Virus record (IMG/VR): IMGVR_UViG_3300045988_016904
Source: a virus
Strand: one strand, 5' to 3'
DNA: 38,264 nt
Part shown: positions 32,055 through 38,264 of the stretch, piece after piece
Layout of the letters: the number at the start of each line of letters is the position of its first letter
How positions within the stretch are numbered: position 1 is the first letter of the stretch
The notes under the pieces: model-generated
Told to the model about the DNA's origin: nothing
Databases searched by the model: none
What the model saw: only the letters and a program-made list of their open reading frames with translations
Program-made: the position numbers and the translations under genes

Positions 32055-32607
32055 ACAGGAAGCGTACCAGATTCTCACGCTTTTACAGGCAAATTATCCC
32101 GATTCTTTTCGGGGGATGTCCAAAGAGGCGGCAAACGTGAAAGTCAATCTTTGGGCAGATATGTTCTCCGAGGAGCCATTTGAGGCCGTTGCCGCCGCTG
32201 CAAAAGCGTACATAGCGACGGATACCGGCGGCTTTATGCCCACCATCGGGAAGCTGAAAGATATGCTACATCGGATGCAGTCGCCCCAGCAGATGACCCA
32301 GATGGAGGCATGGGGGCTGGTTGCCGGTGCGCTGAGAAACAGCGTGTACGGCGCAGATGACGAGTTCCGTAAGCTGCCACCGGCGGTACAGCGGACGGTT
32401 GGAAGCCCCGCCCAGCTCAAGGAATGGGCGCTGATGGACGCAGAAACGGTGCAGTCAGTGGTTGCATCGAATTTCCAGAGATCGTTCCAAGTGTGCCAGA
32501 AGCGGGAGGACGATTACCAGAAGCTCCCCGGAGCGGTAAAGAGCTTTATCGCCGAACTGGCCGGGAAGATGGACTTTGAAATGCTACCGGAAGGCGGTGG
32601 AGTATGA
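32047..32607 (+). CDS. G39P-like helicase loader (putative)
   Basis: QILTLLQANYPDSF...VNLWADMFSEEPFEAV motif pattern. Sits after the organiser gene. Confidence 0.55.
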   Translation: MDKQEAYQILTLLQANYPDSFRGMSKEAANVKVNLWADMFSEEPFEAVAAAAKAYIATDTGGFMPTIGKLKDMLHRMQSPQQMTQMEAWGLVAGALRNSVYGADDEFRKLPPAVQRTVGSPAQLKEWALMDAETVQSVVASNFQRSFQVCQKREDDYQKLPGAVKSFIAELAGKMDFEMLPEGGGV

Positions 32608-32858
32608 AAAACGAAGTAGACAAGGAAAAGGAACGCCCTGGCCAGTACATCGATTCGGAAAGCCCATTTTGCAGGAACTGCACGCGGGACGATTGCCCCA
32701 CCAACGGGGACGGATGCAAGGCGTGGGAAGCATATTTCATCGATAACTGGAACAAAAACATCATGAAATCAATTGGAAACCACAAAAAACAACGCCAATT
32801 TTTCCGGTATGAGCACCCTGATTTGGTGAGAGAGGGGATTGTTATCGAGAATGAATGA
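32604..32858 (+). CDS. hypothetical Cys-containing protein
   Basis: 84-aa ORF with overlapping start and stop. Confidence 0.5.
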   Translation: MKNEVDKEKERPGQYIDSESPFCRNCTRDDCPTNGDGCKAWEAYFIDNWNKNIMKSIGNHKKQRQFFRYEHPDLVREGIVIENE

Positions 32859-33735
32859 CTTGGAGCAGATGGCAATCGATCGTCTGAAAGCCGCCTCTGA
32901 AATGTCGCTCATGGCGTATCAGCAGCCTTTGGTGATCTGCATTTCAGGCGGCAAAGATTCCGGGGTTATCACCGAGCTTGCGGTGCGCTCCGGTATCCCC
33001 TGCGAGTTCCAACACAACCACACCACGGCTGATGCCCCAGAAACGGTGCGGTTTGTCAGAAGTGAGTTCAAGCGGCTAGAGGGAAAAGGATACAAGTGCA
33101 CCGTGAACATGCCGGTTTACAAGGGGAAGCGGGTATCTATGTGGAGCTTAATTCCTCAAGTGCTCATACCGCCATCCCGGTGGATGCGGTACTGCTGTTC
33201 CGTCTTGAAAGAAACAGGTGGCGCAGGGCGGTTTATCTGCACCGGCGTTCGCTGGGCTGAATCTGTATCCAGGAAAAACAACCGTGGAATCTACGAAAAA
33301 CTGGGTGCAACCAAGGATAAAAATATCATTCTTGCCAACGACAATGACGAAAAGCGAATGCTTTTTGAAAACTGCCGCCTGAAAGCAAAACGAGTTGTAA
33401 ACCCGATTATCGACTGGACAGACAAGGATGTGTACGGCTTCTTAGAAGATGCGAAAGTCCCGATGAACCCGCTATACGCCGAGGGGCAATGCCGGGTTGG
33501 GTGTATCGGATGCCCCCTGGCTGGCAGAAAAGGCCGGGAAACCGAGTTCACCCGGTGGCCGAAGTACAAAAATCTCTATCTGCGTGCGTTCGATAGGATG
33601 CTGGAGGAACGCAGACGGCGGAACAAGGAACCGGCTTGGGCTACCGAAGATTGGACTACCGCAGAAGATGTGTTCCGCTGGTGGATGGAGTACGATGTGC
33701 TACCGGGGCAGACAAGTATGGAGGATTTTCAGTGA
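32851..33735 (+). CDS. PAPS reductase-family (PP-loop ATPase-like) protein with C-terminal Cys cluster
   Basis: SGGKDS PP-loop motif and CRVGCIGCP cluster. The start could instead be TTG at 32839. Confidence 0.75.
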   Translation: MNDLEQMAIDRLKAASEMSLMAYQQPLVICISGGKDSGVITELAVRSGIPCEFQHNHTTADAPETVRFVRSEFKRLEGKGYKCTVNMPVYKGKRVSMWSLIPQVLIPPSRWMRYCCSVLKETGGAGRFICTGVRWAESVSRKNNRGIYEKLGATKDKNIILANDNDEKRMLFENCRLKAKRVVNPIIDWTDKDVYGFLEDAKVPMNPLYAEGQCRVGCIGCPLAGRKGRETEFTRWPKYKNLYLRAFDRMLEERRRRNKEPAWATEDWTTAEDVFRWWMEYDVLPGQTSMEDFQ

Positions 33736-33854
33736 GCAAAGCGAAAATGTACGGCTGTTTCAAGCCGGAGCCGGTGAAGCGGAATTGCACCCCGCCCAGG
33801 TGGGGGAAAGTCCCTCGGTGGAATAAAGGAAGACAGAAAGGAAATGGGAAATGA
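33732..33854 (+). CDS. small basic ORF (40 aa)
   Basis: GTG overlaps the upstream stop, and its stop overlaps the next ATG. Confidence 0.3.
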   Translation: MSKAKMYGCFKPEPVKRNCTPPRWGKVPRWNKGRQKGNGK

Positions 33855-34222
33855 GCAACGTTGTAGAACAGCTTACGCCAAACCCCGTAACCCACGAGCA
33901 TGGAGAAAATGGGTGTTGCAAAAACCCAAGGGCATGGGAAATGGAAATGATGCACCAGGTATGGGCCGCCGGGCTCCATGATGCCGCCAATTGCTTTCAG
34001 GATGCGCTTGAAGCAAAGTGGAAGATTGAATCTCAGCAAAAGGCGAAGCCGAAAACAAACAGTGACAGAATCCGAGCTATGACGGACGAGGAATTAGCAA
34101 AAATCCTTAACGGCGGATTCCCTCAGGGAGGAGGATGCCCTCCGGGAGGAGCAAAGTGCAACGGGCGCTGCGGGCTCTGCTGGCTCGACTGGCTCCGCTC
34201 TCCGGTGGAGGCGACGGAATGA
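33851..34222 (+). CDS. hypothetical protein (C-terminal CxxxC..CWLDWL motif)
   Basis: 123-aa ORF with start and stop overlapping its neighbours. Confidence 0.55.
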   Translation: MSNVVEQLTPNPVTHEHGENGCCKNPRAWEMEMMHQVWAAGLHDAANCFQDALEAKWKIESQQKAKPKTNSDRIRAMTDEELAKILNGGFPQGGGCPPGGAKCNGRCGLCWLDWLRSPVEATE

Positions 34223-34869
34223 AAGTTCTGATAGCCTGCGAGGAATCGCAAACCGTGTGCAAGGCGTTCCGGGCGCGGGGGCATGAGGCATATTCCTGCG
34301 ATATCCAGGAGCCGTCCGGCGGGAAACCTGAATGGCACATTTTGGGTGACGCTCTGGAAGCCATCAAGGGCGGCACAATCGTCACCATGGACGGGCAGAC
34401 GCATGATGTTGGGAAGTGGGATTTGCTGATAGCACATCCGCCGTGTACATATTTGACGAACGCCGGGGCTGTAAGAATGCGGAGAAACGGCGAAATCGTC
34501 CCGGAACGATATCACTTGGCAATGGAAGCAAAAGCGTTTTTCATGGAATTTTATAACGCCGATATTCCCATGATTGCGGTGGAAAATCCAACGCCTATGA
34601 AAATTGTTGAATTGCCGCCATATACACAGGCAATACAGCCTTACGAGCATGGCCACCCCTACAGTAAGCGGACTTGCTTGTGGCTGAAAGGGTTGCCAAA
34701 ACTTTACCCGACGCAAATCGTTACCAATCACGAACCGTATGTAAATGGTGGATGCAAGGACGCTCACGGGAACTACCGCAGATTCCAGGGCAGAAAAGAA
34801 CGAGATCAGAAAACTCGTTCAAAGACCTTCCCCGGGATTGCAAAAGCTATGGCGGAACAGTGGGGGTAG
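34219..34869 (+). CDS. compact DNA (cytosine-5)-methyltransferase-like protein
   Basis: AHPPCTYL (motif IV-like), VENP (motif VI-like) and TFPGIAKAMAEQW (motif X-like). Only 216 aa, with an atypical N-terminus. Confidence 0.6.
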   Translation: MKVLIACEESQTVCKAFRARGHEAYSCDIQEPSGGKPEWHILGDALEAIKGGTIVTMDGQTHDVGKWDLLIAHPPCTYLTNAGAVRMRRNGEIVPERYHLAMEAKAFFMEFYNADIPMIAVENPTPMKIVELPPYTQAIQPYEHGHPYSKRTCLWLKGLPKLYPTQIVTNHEPYVNGGCKDAHGNYRRFQGRKERDQKTRSKTFPGIAKAMAEQWG

Positions 34870-34882
34870 AAACGAGGTAAAA

Positions 34883-35317
34883 ATGAACAAAGTACTGTTA
34901 AGCAGCGTAAAAATGGACTGGCGAACGCCGAAAGACTTCTTTCAGAAACTGGATCAGGAATTCCATTTTGGCTTAGATGCCGCCGCTACATCAGAGAACG
35001 CCAAGTGCAGATGTTTTTTCACCCCTGAAATGGATGGCCTTTCCCTACCTTGGAGCGGATACGGAGCCGTGTTCTGCAACCCACCATATGGCCGGGAGAT
35101 CGGGAAATGGGTGCAAAAAGCCTATTCCGAATATGTCCGCAGTGAGGTGACAATCGTCATGTTGATTCCGGCACGGACGGACACAAGCTATTTCCACGAT
35201 TACATATACGGGAAAGCGGAAATTCGGTTTCTGCGTGGGCGGTTAAAATTTGAAGATGAAAACGGAGCAGCAATGAACACAGCACCGTTTCCATCTATGG
35301 TAGTGATTTTTAGATAG
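34883..35317 (+). CDS. dam: phage N6-adenine DNA methyltransferase (Dam-like)
   Basis: DWRTPKDFF motif, FGLDAAAT and NPPY. Confidence 0.85.
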   Translation: MNKVLLSSVKMDWRTPKDFFQKLDQEFHFGLDAAATSENAKCRCFFTPEMDGLSLPWSGYGAVFCNPPYGREIGKWVQKAYSEYVRSEVTIVMLIPARTDTSYFHDYIYGKAEIRFLRGRLKFEDENGAAMNTAPFPSMVVIFR

Positions 35318-35356
35318 CAGATAAGCCCGGGGCAACCCGGGCGGGAAGGAGAAAAC

Positions 35357-35590
35357 ATGGATGAAATCAAATTGAAGCCATGCCCGTTTTGTGGGGGAAC
35401 AAAGATTTTTGTTGGAAGTGTTGCGGAAATTGAGCTTATGGACAAATACGATGAAAACTACGACTTATATAACAGCCAGTTTCAGGTTGTTTGTGACTCC
35501 ATTGCTGGAGGATGCGGGGCTTCAAGTGGCTGCTGTAAGAACAAAGCCGCGGCAATTGAGGCTTGGAACCGGAGGGCTGACAATGGCTAA
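35357..35590 (+). CDS. lar: Lar-family restriction alleviation protein
   Basis: LKPCPFCGG ... AAIEAWNRRA signature. Confidence 0.75.
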   Translation: MDEIKLKPCPFCGGTKIFVGSVAEIELMDKYDENYDLYNSQFQVVCDSIAGGCGASSGCCKNKAAAIEAWNRRADNG

Positions 35591-35631
35591 ATCGGTACTT
35601 ATCAGCATCCGCCCGGAGTGGAGGAACTATA

Positions 35632-35934
35632 ATGGCCTTACGTAAACTTGCTCTGATGCACCGGTTTTTCGGCGTTTTGGATGGGCATACGTGCCGGGAG
35701 TGTAGCAACTTCATAAAGGGCAAGTATCACGATAAAGTGCTTTGCAAATGCAAAGTATACGGGCTTACCCATAGTGAAGCGACGGACTGGGCGGGACGAT
35801 GGATGGCTTGTGGGGCATTCAATCGGGCAATAAGCCGCCAGCCCCTTGTGAGAGAAGTCGTCCCGGAACGGAAGCGGAAAGAGGCCGACAATACGCCCAT
35901 TGATGGGCAGATTAGTTTGGAGGAATTGAAATGA
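35632..35934 (+). CDS. hypothetical Cys-rich protein
   Basis: 100-aa ORF. No function recognised. Confidence 0.5.
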   Translation: MALRKLALMHRFFGVLDGHTCRECSNFIKGKYHDKVLCKCKVYGLTHSEATDWAGRWMACGAFNRAISRQPLVREVVPERKRKEADNTPIDGQISLEELK

Positions 35935-36227
35935 GTGATTACATTAGCCGGGAGGCGGCCATGGAAATCGTAAAGCGCACAAGCGGCGATTATGCGGCGG
36001 CTTTTTCCGAGATACGCAAACTTCCCGCCGCCGATGCGGAGCCGGTGCGGCATGGGGAATGGTTGCGAACCGACGATGATTGGAACAGTCTTGTAACAAT
36101 CCAATGCTCTGCCTGCGGCGGAGAGTGGTGCTTTGAGATTGACGAGGATGTGCAGCTGCTGGGGTACAACTACTGCCCGGGGTGTGGATGCAAAATGGAT
36201 TTGGAGGACGAAACAAATGACGATTGA
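35931..36227 (+). CDS. hypothetical protein (zinc-ribbon-like C-terminus)
   Basis: PAADAEPVRHGEW and CSACGG...CPGCG motifs. Confidence 0.55.
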   Translation: MSDYISREAAMEIVKRTSGDYAAAFSEIRKLPAADAEPVRHGEWLRTDDDWNSLVTIQCSACGGEWCFEIDEDVQLLGYNYCPGCGCKMDLEDETNDD

Positions 36228-36552
36228 CCGAGCAATTGAAATCCTTGACCCGGAACACCGGGAGTGCTATGACGGCATGGACGAGGTAAACGAAGCCTGC
36301 CGGATGGGCATGGAGGCGTTGGAGCGGACACGGTGGGTTCCGTGCAGTGAGAGGTTGCCAGATTTGAAACCCCAAAAAGCAGGAATAGGACTGGATTACA
36401 CTTACAGCGATGTTGTCTATGTTTGGACTACTGGGGGGAAGGCCATGACAGGCATCTGGGATGGCATCACTTGGATTGCTCCATTCCCTTTCTGGGATGC
36501 GTGGGAGGAGCGGATCACCCACTGGAAGCCTATCTATCCGCCGAAGGGGTGA
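36217..36552 (+). CDS. DUF551-like protein
   Basis: WVPCSERLP ... ITHWKPIYPP pattern. Confidence 0.55.
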   Translation: MTIDRAIEILDPEHRECYDGMDEVNEACRMGMEALERTRWVPCSERLPDLKPQKAGIGLDYTYSDVVYVWTTGGKAMTGIWDGITWIAPFPFWDAWEERITHWKPIYPPKG

Positions 36553-36558
36553 CGGAAA

Positions 36559-36744
36559 GTGACAGACTGCTTCAATTACCTATGCTTGTGCAGAGGGGGG
36601 AACGAGAGCAAGCCTCCCTACAAGTGCGAGTGCGTGGCTTGCCCCAACAGGGTTACAGGATCACATATTATCATGAGCAACCGAACGCTGGTGCAAGAAG
36701 AAATTAAATATCTTACGAAAAATGGAGGTATTGGGAATGAGTGA
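36559..36744 (+). CDS. small Cys-rich hypothetical protein
   Basis: 61-aa ORF with a GTG start. Confidence 0.4.
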   Translation: MTDCFNYLCLCRGGNESKPPYKCECVACPNRVTGSHIIMSNRTLVQEEIKYLTKNGGIGNE

Positions 36745-36901
36745 AAGGCAAGAACACCGTCAGCGCCTTAACGCTAGAATTGCTTACGCCGCCGCAATTG
36801 AGCGGTGGGCGAGGAATCAGCCGTCACGCATTCGGTTCTTTGCCGTCAGACGCTGGCTGAAAGAGATGCCGAGGAGGGAGGATTTTTATGCGGCTGATTG
36901 A
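36737..36901 (+). CDS. small basic hypothetical protein (54 aa)
   Basis: ATG overlaps the upstream stop. Below the ORF-track cutoff. Confidence 0.35.
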   Translation: MSERQEHRQRLNARIAYAAAIERWARNQPSRIRFFAVRRWLKEMPRREDFYAAD

Positions 36902-37236
36902 GGGGCGATCATTTTACAAAGAGCCGTGGTACGGTAGTTATCATTCGATGATGGACAGATGTTACAGGAAGAAAGCACATAATTACCCCCAGTATGGCGG
37001 ACGTGGTATTGCTGTTTGCGAAGAATGGCATGATATCGAATTGTTTGAGCAATGGGTAAAAGGCTCAAAATATAAGCCGGGGATGTCGTTGGAACGAATA
37101 AATGTCAACGCTGATTATTCTCCTGAAAATTGCACTTGGGCAACAGCAAAGGAACAAGCGAATAACCGGAGAAACACGGTGAGAATCAAGTACATGGGCG
37201 AAAACCGCACTGTAGGAGAGTGGGCAGAGGCTTTAG
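36888..37236 (+). pseudogene. 5' part of a phage gene (YGGRGI...SLERINVNADYSPENCTWAT family, HNH/AP2-like DNA-binding) interrupted by the IS
   Basis: The family signature is intact up to EWAEALG. The track ORF 36888..37280 then runs into IS sequence. Confidence 0.8.
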
Positions 37237-37252
37237 GGCAATACCGCACAGA
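37237..37252. repeat. IS left terminal inverted repeat (IRL)
   Basis: 13 of 16 positions match the reverse complement of 188..203. Confidence 0.8.
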
Positions 37253-37292
37253 AAAAGGTGCCAAATACCGCCGAGTGTGATATAATAAACTT

Positions 37293-38264
37293 ATGAATAA
37301 ACAGATGACAATTTCCGCATTCAGCGATGAACTGGCGCAGGTGCGGACGAAGAAGAAAGAATTTCTCAGTCAGATCGAGCGGATCGTCCCGTGGGGAGAA
37401 TGGCTTGCCATGATTCAGCCGTGCTATTACAAAGGAGAGCGCGGCAACAAACCCTATCCGCTGGAGATCATGCTCCGACTGTATCTGCTGCAAAACCTCT
37501 ATGACCTGAGTGACGAGGCAACAGTGGCAGAGGCAATCGACAGCCGCGCATTTTCGGAGTTCTGCAGCGTTGATTCCAGCAATCAGGTTCCGGACGGGGA
37601 TACTCTCGGCCGTTTTCGGAATCTGCTGATCCGGAACGGACTGCAGGAGAAGCTGTTTGCTCAGGTGGTAGCAGCGCTCATGGAGCGTGGCCTCATTCTG
37701 AAAAAGGGTACCATCGTAGATTCCACCATCATTTCTGCCCCATCTTCTACCAAGAATAAGGAGAAGAAACGAGACCCGGATGCCCATCAGGTCAAGAAGG
37801 GTAATACATGGCATTTTGGATATAAGGCACATATCGGCGTGGACAAGGACAGCGGACTGGTACACACAGTGAAAGCCACAGCGGCAAATGTACACGACGT
37901 TTCGGAAACATCGAAATTACTGACCGGAGAAGAAGAGGCTGTCTACGGCGACAGCGGCTATCTGGGAGCCGGTAAGAGAGAAGATGCTGTCGTCAGGAAC
38001 AAGTCGGGTCACAGAATCAAGTATAAAATCAACCGTCGTCCTTCACAGGTAAAGAAGCTGAGCAAAAGCGGACAGTACGCCGCCAAGAAAGCAGAGCACG
38101 CAAAGTCTTCTGTCCGAGCAAAAGTAGAGCACGTATTCGGTGTCGTTAAAAAGCAACTGCATTTCCGAAAAACACGATACCGAGGGCTTGAAAAGCAGCA
38201 AGCCAAATTCAATATCATGTTTGCACTGGCAAATCTGATTCTTGCTGACAGACCCTGTCTGGCA
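37293..38264 (+). CDS. IS5-family DDE transposase (open at the window end; full length 325 aa when circularised)
   Basis: Strong resemblance to E. coli IS5 transposase: RPYPLE-like KPYPLEIMLR, IVDSTIISAPSSTKNKEKKRDP, KKGNTWHFGYKAHIGVD, YGDSGY, VEHVFG, RYRGL. Confidence 0.9.
   Translation, partial: MNKQMTISAFSDELAQVRTKKKEFLSQIERIVPWGEWLAMIQPCYYKGERGNKPYPLEIMLRLYLLQNLYDLSDEATVAEAIDSRAFSEFCSVDSSNQVPDGDTLGRFRNLLIRNGLQEKLFAQVVAALMERGLILKKGTIVDSTIISAPSSTKNKEKKRDPDAHQVKKGNTWHFGYKAHIGVDKDSGLVHTVKATAANVHDVSETSKLLTGEEEAVYGDSGYLGAGKREDAVVRNKSGHRIKYKINRRPSQVKKLSKSGQYAAKKAEHAKSSVRAKVEHVFGVVKKQLHFRKTRYRGLEKQQAKFNIMFALANLILADRPCLA
38166..38264. repeat. 99-bp terminal direct repeat, identical to 1..99
   Basis: Exact identity. 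Consistent with a fixed-length assembler overlap on a circular contig. Confidence 0.95.

Larger units (their letters stand above)
37237..38264 (+). mobile_element. IS5-family insertion sequence, left-hand part (IRL + transposase); continues at 100..203
   Basis: IRL GGCAATACCGCACAGA lies directly after TTAG (37233..37236). The transposase ORF is inside. Confidence 0.85.

Overview
The window is a complete, circularly assembled temperate siphovirus-type phage or excised prophage genome. Bases 1-99 are identical to 38166-38264, so the unique length is about 38,165 bp. The host is probably a Clostridia-type Firmicute, inferred only from AGGAGG-type RBSs and mid-range GC. The assembly junction lies inside an IS5-family transposase gene.

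On the + strand the order is: small genes; a RinA-like late activator; terS and a PBSX-type terL; portal; gp7-like minor head protein; scaffold; major capsid; connector proteins; major tail protein; chaperone; a 1018-aa tape measure; Dit/Tal-like and fibre proteins. The lysis cassette follows (M15 endolysin, XhlA-like protein, holin), then a terminator-insulated 3-gene moron cassette.

The lysogeny module is on the - strand: large serine recombinase, membrane-anchored HTH protein, lipoprotein and XRE repressor.

The + strand early region follows: YqaJ exonuclease, RecT, SSB, RusA, an iteron-bearing replisome organiser, a G39P-like loader, a PAPS-reductase-like protein, two DNA methyltransferase-like genes, Lar and small ORFs.

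Main leads:
1. A ~225-nt highly structured ORF-free RNA candidate lies between the RinA-like gene terminator and terS. It has two tRNA-like acceptor/T-arm modules and complementary hairpin loops.
2. A near-canonical tRNA-like element sits right after an internal terminator in the head operon.
3. A 620-bp ORF-poor, promoter-dense switch region contains face-to-face consensus promoters. It also holds a discrete antisense unit with promoter, SD, 19-codon ORF and terminator.
4. An IS5-family element with imperfect terminal inverted repeats and a TTAG target duplication splits a phage gene. Both halves of that gene are still readable.
5. A moron cassette and lysogeny accessory genes of unknown function sit at the classic cargo position.

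All family calls were made by eye from motifs. No database search was run.
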